Shown: positions 9,574-19,655 of the stretch, piece after piece
Numbering within the stretch: position 1 is the stretch's first letter
How the letters are laid out: every line of letters begins with the position of its first letter
Translations under genes and position numbers: made by a program
NCBI GenBank assembly: GCA_039586795.1
Contig: JBDHJS010000016.1
Location: forward strand, 64,001 to 128,000
Direction: 5' to 3'
DNA: 64,000 bases
Source: Gemmatimonadota bacterium
Lineage (GTDB): Bacteria; Gemmatimonadota; Gemmatimonadetes; Palauibacterales; KS3-K002
The notes under the pieces: generated by a model
What the model was told of the DNA's origin: nothing
What the model saw: the letters and a program-made list of their open reading frames with translations, nothing else
Databases searched by the model: none

Positions 9574-11031
9574 ATGTCGGACGACAAAGCTCTAACACCT
9601 CGTAACGAAGATTTCTCGGCCTGGTACAACGGCGTGGTTCAGCGGGCCCAGCTGGCCGGGTACTCGCCTGTTCGCGGCTGTATGGTGATTCGGCCTCACG
9701 GCTACGCGATCTGGGAGCTCATTCAAGGAGCGCTGGACGCGATGTTCAAGGAGACCGGGCACCAGAACGCGTACTTCCCGCTCTTCGTGCCGCACAGCTT
9801 TCTCAAGAAGGAGGCCGATCACGTAGAGGGGTTCGCCCCCGAGATCGCCCTCGTAACGATCGGCGGCGGCAAGGAACTGGAAGAGCCGCTGGTGGTTCGT
9901 CCGACTTCCGAGGCGATCATCTGGCCGATCATGGCGGATTGGATCCAGAGCTATCGCGATCTTCCGATGCTCATCAATCAGTGGGCGAACATCGTTCGTT
10001 GGGAGATGCGCACCCGTCCCTTCTTGAGAACGCTCGAGTTCCTATGGCAGGAGGGGCATACCGCACACGCCACGTGGGAAGACGCGGAGCGAGAGACGCT
10101 GCTGATACTGGAGATCTACCGGGATTTCATGGAGAACTGGATGGCCATGCCCCCGGTGACGGGCGTCAAGACCGAGTGGGACAAGTTCGCGGGCGCCGAC
10201 CGAACGTATGCCTGCGAGGCGATGATGCAGGACAACTGGGCGTTGCAGGCGGGAACGTCCCACAACCTCGGGCAGAACTTCGCCCGGGCTTTTGATGTGC
10301 AGTACCAGACGGAAGACGGCGCGCACGAATACGTTTGGAGTACGTCGTGGGGCGTATCTACGCGTCTGATCGGCGGCCTGGTGATGACGCACAGTGACGA
10401 TCAGGGTCTGGTGCTGCCGCCGAAGCTGGCGCCTGTACAGGCGGTCATCGTGCCGATCTACAAATCGGATGATCAGCGGACGCAGATCATCGAAGCCGCG
10501 ACGCGGCTGGCGGAGCGACTCAAGGGAGTCGTGCGCGTCAAGCTGGACGATCGCGACACCCTGAACCCCGGCGCCAAGTACTACGAGTGGGAGACCAAGG
10601 GAGTCCCGGTTCGTCTGGAGCTGGGTCCCAAGGACCTGGAGAAGGGCCACGTGATGGCGGTTCGTCGGTTCAGCGACGATCCAAAAGCGCGGAAGATCTC
10701 GATCGCCGATGACGAGATCGTCTCGCGTCTGCCGCAGTTGTTGGATGAGATGCAGGGTCAGTTGCTGGATGCGGCGCGTCGCCGCCGCGAGGAGAACTCG
10801 TACCGCGGCGTGAGCGACTACGAGGAATTCAAGAGAATCATCTCCGAAGGGAGCGGCTTCATATATACCGGCTACTGCGGCGCTGAAGAATGCGAATTGA
10901 AGGTCAAGGGCGACACGAAGGCCACGGTGCGGGTCATCCCGGACGAGGACTTTCGCAGCGATTCCGTTCCCGGCAAGTGCATCTGTGGCTCCGACGCCCA
11001 GTACGAGGTGGTGTGGGCGCGGGCGTATTAA
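9574..11031 (+). CDS. proS: Proline--tRNA ligase, archaeal/eukaryote-like type
   Basis: RPTSE, EFLWQEGHT, SWGVSTR, C-terminal Cys domain ending ARAY; no INS editing domain. Alternative TTG start at 9562. Confidence 0.97.
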   Translation: MSDDKALTPRNEDFSAWYNGVVQRAQLAGYSPVRGCMVIRPHGYAIWELIQGALDAMFKETGHQNAYFPLFVPHSFLKKEADHVEGFAPEIALVTIGGGKELEEPLVVRPTSEAIIWPIMADWIQSYRDLPMLINQWANIVRWEMRTRPFLRTLEFLWQEGHTAHATWEDAERETLLILEIYRDFMENWMAMPPVTGVKTEWDKFAGADRTYACEAMMQDNWALQAGTSHNLGQNFARAFDVQYQTEDGAHEYVWSTSWGVSTRLIGGLVMTHSDDQGLVLPPKLAPVQAVIVPIYKSDDQRTQIIEAATRLAERLKGVVRVKLDDRDTLNPGAKYYEWETKGVPVRLELGPKDLEKGHVMAVRRFSDDPKARKISIADDEIVSRLPQLLDEMQGQLLDAARRRREENSYRGVSDYEEFKRIISEGSGFIYTGYCGAEECELKVKGDTKATVRVIPDEDFRSDSVPGKCICGSDAQYEVVWARAY

Positions 11032-11043
11032 GCGAGAGCTAGC

Positions 11044-11808
11044 GTGGGCAAAGTGAACGCGACCGAGATCGTCGAATACTTGAACGACTACCTTGATGTC
11101 GCCAACGTCCCCGACTACCCCGGCGCTTTCAATGGTCTACAGGTCGAGAACAGCGGCAAGGTCGGCCTCGTAGCGGCGTGCACCGATGCCTGCCAGGCGA
11201 CTATCGATGCCGCGGCAAATATCGGCGCCGACCTGATGATCGTGCACCACGGGCTGTTCTGGAGCGACGGCATCGCGCCGTTGACCGGCCGGACGTTCTC
11301 GCGGATCAAGAAGCTCCTGGATAGCGATATCGCCGTCTACTCGTCTCACCTTCCCCTGGACGCGCACCCGGACGTGGGGAACAACGCGGTGCTAGCCAGG
11401 GGAATCGGCCTCACCGACCTGGACCGGTTCGGCGAGTTCGAGGGCTGCCTGATCGGGTACAAGGGCGATCTGGATATCGGTCGCGATGACTTGTTGGAGC
11501 GAATCCAGAAGCTGTTGGGCCCGCTACCGAGGCTGATCTCCGGTGGACCGACGCAGGTCAGGCGGGTCGGCGTCGTGACGGGCGGCGCCGCCCAACTCAT
11601 CCCGGCGGCTCGAGCCGCTGGACTCGACACCTTCGTTACGGGAGAGGGCGCCCACCACTCCTACTTCGACGCTCTCGAGCTCGAGATCAACGTCATCTAC
11701 GCCGGGCACTACGCGACGGAGACGCTGGGCGTGAAGGCGCTAGCGGCGCATGTGGCGGAGAAGTTCGGTGTGAGGTGGGAGTTCATCGATAATCCGACGG
11801 GGATGTAG
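11044..11808 (+). CDS. Nif3-like dinuclear metal centre hexameric protein
   Basis: NGLQV, VHHGLFW, HLPLDAHP, GHYATETLG motifs. Confidence 0.93.
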   Translation: MGKVNATEIVEYLNDYLDVANVPDYPGAFNGLQVENSGKVGLVAACTDACQATIDAAANIGADLMIVHHGLFWSDGIAPLTGRTFSRIKKLLDSDIAVYSSHLPLDAHPDVGNNAVLARGIGLTDLDRFGEFEGCLIGYKGDLDIGRDDLLERIQKLLGPLPRLISGGPTQVRRVGVVTGGAAQLIPAARAAGLDTFVTGEGAHHSYFDALELEINVIYAGHYATETLGVKALAAHVAEKFGVRWEFIDNPTGM

Positions 11809-11823
11809 CGAGGGTTGATTAAT

Positions 11824-12201
11824 TCAATTGCCTCCTTCTTCGGGCTCGTCTTCGTCGCCCGGGTCACGATCGCCTTCCTCCTCTTCTTCTTCAACAGGCG
11901 CTCGGAGCCGGTCTTCTATTTCACCCCAGATGTTGGATAGCTCTTCCGGGTCATCGACGTAGCGATTCGAGAACTCGAGGAGGTCGTCCTCGGTCAGCCC
12001 GCGGTCCTCCAGAATGGCGTTTGCAAGGTTGGTGGCGTGAACCGAATCGCGGGCTTCTTCGGCGGCCAGCAAGATCTGCACGTAGACATCGATGTATTCC
12101 TCGCGCGAGATCCCTGCTTCCTCCCCGGGCGAACAGCCGGCGCCGAACAAAAGGGTGCCCAGGGCCAGACTGGCCCCGAGCACCCTGCGGACTGTCAGCA
12201 T
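11824..12201 (-). CDS. Small lipoprotein, DUF4296-like
   Basis: Signal peptide with AGC lipobox; helical body YIDVYVQILLA...WGEIEDRL; acidic tail. Confidence 0.65.
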   Translation of the reverse strand: MLTVRRVLGASLALGTLLFGAGCSPGEEAGISREEYIDVYVQILLAAEEARDSVHATNLANAILEDRGLTEDDLLEFSNRYVDDPEELSNIWGEIEDRLRAPVEEEEEEGDRDPGDEDEPEEGGN

Positions 12202-12215
12202 CGTTTTCAACTCTG

Positions 12216-14164
12216 CTAAACCGATTCGGCCTCGGCTTTCGAGAACCGGTAGAAGTACCAAAGAACCAGCGGGAAGATGAGCAGCCCCAGCACGCCCTGT
12301 ACCACCGGGCTGGAGACGATGACCGGTAGCGAGAAGTTCGCCACGATCAGCCCCGCGATCACCACCCCCATCAATGCTTCGCCGGCAACGAAGCCCGAAG
12401 CGAGCAGAATTCCCGTGTTGTTCGCCTTGTCCGTCTGTTCCTTTGTGTAGTTCTTGCGCGCTAGGATTCGGTCGACGATCCACTTGAACACGCCGCCCAC
12501 GAAGATCGCGAACGTCGAGTGGATTGGCAGGTACATGCCAACGGCGACGAGCATCGGCGAAGGCGCACCGACCAGAATCAAAAACACACCGAACAACATG
12601 CCAGCAAGGAACAGCGGCCACACCATCTCACCGCCGACGATGCCCTGGCTGACCAGTGCCATCAGGCCTGCCTGAGGAGCCGGCAGCGCTGTCGCTGGAT
12701 CGACGCCGGGTGCGCCGGCGAACCCGTAGGCGTTCCCCAACAGCCACAGAACGACGGCTAGCATCGGCGCGGCAAAGATCACTGCGATGATCTCGCCCTT
12801 CTCCATTGACGCCGGCGTACCGCCCAGGATGTGACCTACCTTCAGGTCTTGCATCATGTCGCCGGCGATACCCATGGCACAGCAGACCACCGCGGCCACG
12901 CCGAGGACCGCGAGGACTCCGCGGTCGCCGGTCAGCCCGATGCCGACCATAAGAAGCGCGGCAAGTATCAACGTGGTCAGCGTCAAACCGCTGATCGGGT
13001 TGTTGCTGCTTCCGATAACGCCGACACGAACAAGATTCCAGCGATCACCATCGCCACCGCCGCGACGATCGATCCGCCGAAGCTCTGACTGAAGTAGTAA
13101 TAGAGAACGATGATCGGAATCATCAGCCCCAGAATACCGAACACGATGTAGCGGTAGCGGATGTCCATTTCCGTTCGGTCGGGCGCTTCTACTGACTTCA
13201 CCTGCTTGACGTCTGCCAGCACGCGACCGATGCCTGTCATCAGACTCTTACGCATGCACCACAGCGTCCACACCGCCCCGACCACCATCGTTCCCACAGC
13301 CAATGGACGGACCATCGTCTGCCAGACAACGTTGGTCATCACTTCCGACCACCCTTGCTCGGCTGCCAGCGGGCCCAGGTCTCGGTTGACGAACGCCATA
13401 ACCGGCACCAGACACCACCACCCCAACACACCGCCGGCGAAGACCACCGCGGACAGCCGTGGGCCGATGATGTAGCCAACGCCGAGCAGCGCGGGAGATG
13501 CTGCCGGCGTTGAGAGATGCACACCGCCCGCGTACTCGCTGATCAGCGTGCGGCCCTGATCGATGCGCGCTGCACCCCAGTCCCAGAATCCTACCATTCG
13601 GACGCTGAGGACGCGAAAACCGGATGCGTTCCTTATCAGCTCCAGGAATGCTGCCGTCAGACCCGCGATCACCAGATACTTGCCGCCGGTGGCCCCCTTC
13701 TGACCGGCCTTGTGGATCTCGCTTGCCGCCACCGACTCGGGGAAGGGAAGCCCCGCATCTTCCACCAGCGTGCGGCGCAGGATGATCACGAAAAACACCC
13801 CGAGCAGTCCGCCGATCACCATGATGATGCCGGAGACCAGGATGTTCACGTCCTCCCACACGCCGGCGATGACGAAGGCGGGAATCGTAAAGATCGCGCC
13901 CGCCACCAGCGCCTCGCCCACAGACGCCGTGGTTCGGGCCACATTCTCCTCGAGGATCGTCCCCGCCAAGGGTCGCAGCGCCGCCATGGCCACAACGGCC
14001 GCCGGGAACGTAGCGGCAATTGTAAGCCCGGCCACCATTCCGATGTACGCGTTGGCCGCGCCCAGAACGACGGCCATCACCACGCCGAGCAGGACCGCTC
14101 GGAACGTGAACTCGGCCATACGCTGATCTGCCGGGACGTAAGGCTCGTACGGTTTAGGGTCCAT
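12216..14164 (-). pseudogene. OPT family oligopeptide transporter, frameshifted near 13026
   Basis: AANAYIG, ENVARTTAS, LPFPE, GSSNNPISG, DMMQDLKVG, LPAPQA motifs split over ORFs 12983-14182 and 12216-12986; AGGAGG RBS before ATG 14164. Could be an assembly error. Confidence 0.85.
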
Positions 14165-14314
14165 CGAGGGCCTCCTGGTCACAGGATTCGCGTCGAGCTG
14201 CGGGCGCCCGCTTCATCGCCATTCCCGCGCTCGGATGAATGCTGGTTGGGTGTTCTTGAGAAGCCGCGACAGCGTAGGCCGCAGCGAGCGGCATGTCAAG
14301 CGTGATACGGGTCG

Positions 14315-15412
14315 TCACGGTGTCGGGAGTGAGCCGAGAGCCGTGCGGTACACGATGTGGTGGCCGGCATCCGAGACGAAGAAGAGATTGAAGGGTGTGA
14401 CGATCACGGATCGCGGGGCGTCGAGCCCCGTCTCGGCGGCGCTGAGCAGGTCGCCCTCGAACGCGTCGTCGCCGGTACCGGCGAAGGTGAAGATGTTGCC
14501 CGTGCTGAACTGGACCATTCGCACGCGGTTGTTGGCGACGTCGGCGATGAACAGGGTGAGTCGATCCGCTGTGACGGATACGGTGGACGGCTCGTTGAGA
14601 AGCGCCTCCAGCGCCGACCGCCCGTCGCCACCGAAGCCGGCGTTGCCCGACCCGGCAATCGTCTCGATGGTCCCCGAGCTGAGGTCGACGGCGCGGATCC
14701 GATGATTCCCGGTATCCGCGATGTACAGTATGTCGCCGCCCAGGGCGAGCCCGGTGGGCTCGTTCAGCTGTGCGCCGGTGGCCGGTCCGCCATCCCCAAA
14801 GAACCCTGGCGTACCTGTTCCGGCGATGGTCGCGATGCTTCCGTCGGTATCGATGCGCCGCACGCGGTGCCCGTTCCGCTCTGAAACGAATACCGCGCCA
14901 TCGGAATCTACGGCCACTCCGGTTGGAACGCGCAGTTGGGTCTGAAGGGCGACCGTTGTGTCCGTGCTGCCAGCGTCTCCGGTACCGGCAACAGGACTCG
15001 CGATCTTCCCGGGTAGCGTGAGTCGCCAGACTCGCCCACCCACCGAGTCGGCGATGAACAAACGGTTGTCGCCACTGTGCGCCAGCCCGGCTGGCGCGTG
15101 GAGTCTCGGCTCATCGAGTTGAGCGCTGTGGTCCAGTAACACCGCTGCGACGCCGGTGGGCCGTACCCGGACGATCCGGGAGTTCTTTCCGTCGGCGATG
15201 AACAGATTTCCGTCCGGCCCGGCGGCCAAACCCTGCGGCGCATCGAGGAGGGTCTCGGTGCCCTTGTCGCCCAGGCTGTCGCCCGATTGTTCGGGTATTC
15301 CGGCTACGATTCGCATCACGCCGGGCGAATCCCCGGTGATAACGAGGGGTTCGCCGCAGGCGGCGATGAACAGGGCGGCAGAGACCGCTACGGTTGCAGC
15401 AAGACGATCCAT
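14315..15412 (-). CDS. NHL-repeat (teneurin-like) beta-propeller lipoprotein
   Basis: AAC lipobox; repeats such as IADTGNHRIR and AGTGTPGFFGDGGPA. Confidence 0.9.
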   Translation of the reverse strand: MDRLAATVAVSAALFIAACGEPLVITGDSPGVMRIVAGIPEQSGDSLGDKGTETLLDAPQGLAAGPDGNLFIADGKNSRIVRVRPTGVAAVLLDHSAQLDEPRLHAPAGLAHSGDNRLFIADSVGGRVWRLTLPGKIASPVAGTGDAGSTDTTVALQTQLRVPTGVAVDSDGAVFVSERNGHRVRRIDTDGSIATIAGTGTPGFFGDGGPATGAQLNEPTGLALGGDILYIADTGNHRIRAVDLSSGTIETIAGSGNAGFGGDGRSALEALLNEPSTVSVTADRLTLFIADVANNRVRMVQFSTGNIFTFAGTGDDAFEGDLLSAAETGLDAPRSVIVTPFNLFFVSDAGHHIVYRTALGSLPTP

Positions 15413-16554
15413 ATGTCCAAGTCGCCCAGGCCGCTTCGCTTCGAGAAGGCCAGATGCCGCCCAGTGGGTGATACCGCTGGTTCGTAACCGCCGTCAGTGC
15501 CGGGAATCGCCACAGCACTCGAGTCAGGTGGCGCTATCCTCCAGATCATATTGGCGCGTCGGAAGTAGAGATGATTTGCGTCCGGTGACCAGGCGGGAGC
15601 CTCGCCTTCCCCTAGCTCCCGTAGACCACTGCCGTCGGGTCGAATCAGCGCCAACTCGTGGCGAACATCTGTGTAATCGGTTCGCACTTCAGTGCAGACC
15701 AATTCGCCGAACTCGCCGTGATAGGTGCAGGTCGCGCTCGTTGAGTCTATTCGCACCAATTGGGTGAACGCGATCCACTCACCGTCGGGGCTCCAGGCGG
15801 GCCAGGCCCCATCCGCCGTATTGGGTATCACTTGCGCGGAGTCTTCATCGACGGGCCAGATCAGCAGTCGCAAGCCATCGCTGAACACCAAACGCTCACC
15901 GTCAGGCGCCCAGGAGGCGCGGATCGCCAGGCGCCGCTCCTCCTTAATCAGCCGCTGGAATGGGTAGTTCTTGATTATCCAGAGATTGCCGGTTGTCCCG
16001 TCGAACTCGGAGCCCAGCGGCTCGAATATGAGTGAGGCGCCACCGTTCAACGGGCCCGTCGCGTTGGAATCCCGAATCCAGACTGCAACTCGCCATAGCA
16101 GAGTCCGGCCGGCCTTATCGGCGCTCACGGAACATCGAAGGCTGCCTGCGCACGGGGCGGGCGCGAAAGTGTCCACGACTTCGATAAACGCGAGGCGGTC
16201 CGCGACCGGGTTCCGCGACGGTGCGAGCAACCAGTGATCGGTAAGACTGCCAGCGCCCTGCACGTTGCTCAGCAACGGTTGACCGGGACCGGTATGAGCG
16301 GGAACGCTAACCAATACTCCTAAAGATGAAGGCTGTGTCTCAAAGCCTTCCGCGCTGTAATAGACCGTATCACCGGTGAGCGACCAGGAGGGCATGTGGT
16401 CGTCGTGCTGACTGTAAGTAAGACGCAAGATGGAGTCGCTGGCGGCGGGTCGGTCTTCTGGCTGAAACGGTTCGACGTCATCGCGGCAGGCCGCCGGCGT
16501 CAGGATAAGCGCCGCCAAAAACGTGGCGAGCATCAGACGAAGCGGCGTTCTCAA
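15388..16554 (-). CDS. TolB-like/PD40 beta-propeller lipoprotein
   Basis: AAC lipobox; repeated PAWSPDG/SWAPDG motifs. Confidence 0.88.
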   Translation of the reverse strand: MRTPLRLMLATFLAALILTPAACRDDVEPFQPEDRPAASDSILRLTYSQHDDHMPSWSLTGDTVYYSAEGFETQPSSLGVLVSVPAHTGPGQPLLSNVQGAGSLTDHWLLAPSRNPVADRLAFIEVVDTFAPAPCAGSLRCSVSADKAGRTLLWRVAVWIRDSNATGPLNGGASLIFEPLGSEFDGTTGNLWIIKNYPFQRLIKEERRLAIRASWAPDGERLVFSDGLRLLIWPVDEDSAQVIPNTADGAWPAWSPDGEWIAFTQLVRIDSTSATCTYHGEFGELVCTEVRTDYTDVRHELALIRPDGSGLRELGEGEAPAWSPDANHLYFRRANMIWRIAPPDSSAVAIPGTDGGYEPAVSPTGRHLAFSKRSGLGDLDIWIVLLQP

Positions 16555-19457
16555 AACCGAATCTCCAGTCCCAGCCTCAGTGACCCTCCCGGCCCAAAGA
16601 AAAGCGATGGGTCGTATCGGTCCAGCGCCGCGGCGAACCGAGCATCCCGCATCTCGCTGGCGCTGATGACGCCGTCCGCGTTGAAATCGATGGACGGACT
16701 GTAGCTCGGCGATTCGAACGCGATCGGCTGCATGTCATCCGGAACTTCGTTGGCGATCGCGTTGAGTTGATCGACATCCGGCCCCAGCGTGCCCGTATCG
16801 CGGCGTAGCGCGATGACATTATCGCCACCCAGCATGTTCCTGCCGTCCACCACGGCTCGCCAGTTGCAGCCGCGACAGCCGGGTATTCCTCCGAAGTCCC
16901 ACGTCAGCCGCATGTTCACCCACCACGTCCACGGTAGACGCTCGCCGACCTCGGGGACGAGCGTCCCGAGGGTATCGGGTACGGTACGGTTCAGTGGAAA
17001 GCCGCTACGCACGGCGGCGGTGAAGCTGGCGCCCCACTTCCAGTTGGGCGCGCCGGCGGCGGTTCCGGTCAGCAGCGCGAAGTCGATCGCGTGGCGACGG
17101 TCGAAGGCGAGGGGAAACTCGAGGCGGCGTTCCGTGATGCCGCCGCCGGGGTCTTCGAAGGCGCTGGAGGTTACACCCTCGGCGCTCGACAACGCGTAGC
17201 CGAACCGCAAGTCCAGGCCGGGCCATCGACCTCTGGCGGTCAACTCGACTCCCTTCACGCTTCCGAAGTCGCCCGTCGTGAACTGGTTGTCGGCGAAACC
17301 GGAGAAGCTGAGGCTGCTGGTCACCAGGTTATTGAGTTGCTTTAGGTAAGCCGTGCCGCCTATCGAGAACTGTTCGGTCACCAGCATATCCGCGCCGACC
17401 TCCCACGCGCTCCCTCGCTCGAACGCCAGGTTGGGATTTCCTTGCCTGCGGATGTCCGCGCGGAGCGAGTCGCCCAACGTCGTATCGAGGAAGAAGCGGA
17501 AGTCGGGCGCCTGGGCGACGAGACCGTAGTTGAAGCGGAACATCGTACGCTCACGCGTACCCGGTATCGGCACCGCAACGCCGAGCCGCGGCAGGACCAG
17601 GGAATGCCAGTCGCTGTCGATGACCGGGCTCAGCAGGTTCTCACGATCTTCTTGGAACGAGATCCCGGACTGGAAGCCCTCGAGCCTAAGACCCAGGTCG
17701 ATTGTCACGTTGTGCGCGGCCAGCAGCGATATCTCGCCGTAGCCGGCGATCGTCTTCGGATAGAATCGCGCGTAGCTCGGCAGGTTGCCGGGCAGATAGG
17801 CCAGCGTTCGCTCGTAGCTCTCGATCTCGTAGAAGCGCGTGTTGATCCCCGCGCGGAACGCGTGGCCTCTGGCGTTCAGAATCTCGCCGATCAGGTCGGC
17901 GGCGATGTAACCGGTCCGATTCCAGTTGGCGAGCCCGGGCGTTCCCTCGGTGAAGAAGATCCCCGCAGCGGCCGGCCCGAACGGCGAGCCGGTCGTGCCG
18001 CCCGGTTGCTGGTAGCCCGGCACGGCTTCTCCAGAGTCCAACTGGTCATCGATCGATGAACGGGCGAAGTCTTCTCCAAGGAAGCGGAAGCTCGATAGAC
18101 CGAAGCCTGCGACTCGGCTCCTGCCGTTGAACGTCCAGGGATCCAGCGCGCCCAGATAGCGGTCGAGCCGCACGGCCGCACCGCGGGCGATGACGTTGTA
18201 GATCTTGCCGGACTTCTGCTTGGTCCAGTCGAGGGTCAAGTTGGCCAGAAAGCCCTCCTGCTTCTGGCCCAACTGATTCTCGGTGTTGTACTTGAATTCG
18301 GGCGTGTACAGCTCCAACTGGCGGCGGTTGTAAAGCAGGCTGCCCATCAGGTTGAACTCGCTACCGATCCCCTGGTCGAGTCTGAGGAAGCCGATGATCT
18401 TGTCGCCCCGTTGATAAGGCACGCGTGCGGATGTATACGGGCAGTAGAGACTGGCCATCGCTGGATCGTTCTGCATCGCTTCGATGGCGTCCGTCAACGC
18501 CTGATCACCGTCGCCAGGCTCCAGGCAAGTCAAGCCGCGCGCTCGCGAATCACCGTCGATCAAGCCCTGAAGGAGCACGTCGGCGAACATCGTCGTCTTG
18601 CTGCTGATGAACTTCAGCGGGCCACCCGCCGAGGCGGCAAGCTCGGTGAAACCCCAGGAGTAATCATCCGGCGCCAGGTGATCGCCCTGAAGGAAGAAGC
18701 GACCGTTCCAGCGTTCGGTGCTGCCGCGGCGCGTCACGTAGCTCACGACGCCGGACAACGCCGAGCCGTTATCGACGCCGAAGCCGCCAGTCACGACGTC
18801 GATCTCTTCGAGCGAGCTCGGCGAGACCTCGAGGCCGGCGCCGAGCGACGACGACTCCAGCTGGTTCTTCACTTCCAGCCCGTCGATCCGGTAGACTTCC
18901 TGCCCGACGCGGCCGCCCCGGAACCGACCCTCACTCACGCCGGTCGTCAGCTCGACGGCCTGTTCCACGTTGGAGACCGGCAACTCGATCAGCTCCTCGC
19001 CGCGGAGCACCTGATGGGTTTGTGTGACGTCCGGCTCGATCAGGCGGACCCGCTCGACTTCGGCGGTGATGCCCTCCACCTCGACGGGTTGCGTCTCCAG
19101 TTCGACCGTCAGCGGCGTCGCCTGGCCCGCGCGAACCAGGACGGTGACCAGCGTCGTGGCATACCCGATACGCTGCACCTGCAGTCGATGCTCGCCGATC
19201 GGCACGGACAAGAAGACGAACTCGCCCTTCTCGTCAGTGAGGACGCGTAGCTCAGTCCCTTCGATATGCACATCTGCTGTCGCGATGGGCACTCGGGTTC
19301 CCTTTTCCAGGATCCGCCCCAGCACGCGGCCGGTGTTCTGGCCCGTTGCCGGGACCGCCGCCGCCGTTAGCAGTGTCAGAGCGGGGAGAATCGCGATCAA
19401 CGCCCGAGCGATCGGGCGAGAAGGGTGGAAGTGAGTGAGTGAAGAATCCCGTGTCAT
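16551..19457 (-). CDS. TonB-dependent receptor with N-terminal carboxypeptidase-regulatory-like domain
   Basis: Signal peptide, TDEKGEF...IGY, plug RGGR...IDG...TGGF...SGVV, GNPNL, C-terminal LGLEIRF; ORF track extends to 19538. Confidence 0.92.
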   Translation of the reverse strand: MTRDSSLTHFHPSRPIARALIAILPALTLLTAAAVPATGQNTGRVLGRILEKGTRVPIATADVHIEGTELRVLTDEKGEFVFLSVPIGEHRLQVQRIGYATTLVTVLVRAGQATPLTVELETQPVEVEGITAEVERVRLIEPDVTQTHQVLRGEELIELPVSNVEQAVELTTGVSEGRFRGGRVGQEVYRIDGLEVKNQLESSSLGAGLEVSPSSLEEIDVVTGGFGVDNGSALSGVVSYVTRRGSTERWNGRFFLQGDHLAPDDYSWGFTELAASAGGPLKFISSKTTMFADVLLQGLIDGDSRARGLTCLEPGDGDQALTDAIEAMQNDPAMASLYCPYTSARVPYQRGDKIIGFLRLDQGIGSEFNLMGSLLYNRRQLELYTPEFKYNTENQLGQKQEGFLANLTLDWTKQKSGKIYNVIARGAAVRLDRYLGALDPWTFNGRSRVAGFGLSSFRFLGEDFARSSIDDQLDSGEAVPGYQQPGGTTGSPFGPAAAGIFFTEGTPGLANWNRTGYIAADLIGEILNARGHAFRAGINTRFYEIESYERTLAYLPGNLPSYARFYPKTIAGYGEISLLAAHNVTIDLGLRLEGFQSGISFQEDRENLLSPVIDSDWHSLVLPRLGVAVPIPGTRERTMFRFNYGLVAQAPDFRFFLDTTLGDSLRADIRRQGNPNLAFERGSAWEVGADMLVTEQFSIGGTAYLKQLNNLVTSSLSFSGFADNQFTTGDFGSVKGVELTARGRWPGLDLRFGYALSSAEGVTSSAFEDPGGGITERRLEFPLAFDRRHAIDFALLTGTAAGAPNWKWGASFTAAVRSGFPLNRTVPDTLGTLVPEVGERLPWTWWVNMRLTWDFGGIPGCRGCNWRAVVDGRNMLGGDNVIALRRDTGTLGPDVDQLNAIANEVPDDMQPIAFESPSYSPSIDFNADGVISASEMRDARFAAALDRYDPSLFFGPGGSLRLGLEIRF

Positions 19458-19618
19458 GTAGCCAATTGCGTGACCGCCTGTCAGTCGGTCTAGCCGTCGG
19501 GGCCTTCGCGTGACGACGAGCCTGAAAATAACGATCATCGACCGGGAATGGCTACCAACGGGCCGATATCCGTGCGACGCGTGTGATCTTGACGCCGCTG
19601 TTACCCCGGACCGGCTCC

Positions 19619-19627
19619 TGCTATAGT
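19619..19627 (+). promoter_or_regulatory. Candidate extended -10 promoter TGCTATAGT for the RDD gene
   Basis: TGn + TATAGT about 30 nt upstream of GAGGAG RBS and ATG 19656. Confidence 0.45.
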
Positions 19628-19655
19628 AAATGCCTTACTCAGAACGAGGAGAAAG

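Noticed and set aside
11824..12621. ORF-track N-terminal extensions (also 26574, 27016, 37484, 43582, 49840, 55001, 63779)
   Set aside because: Extensions overlap neighbours or terminators; downstream starts fit RBS and family N-termini better
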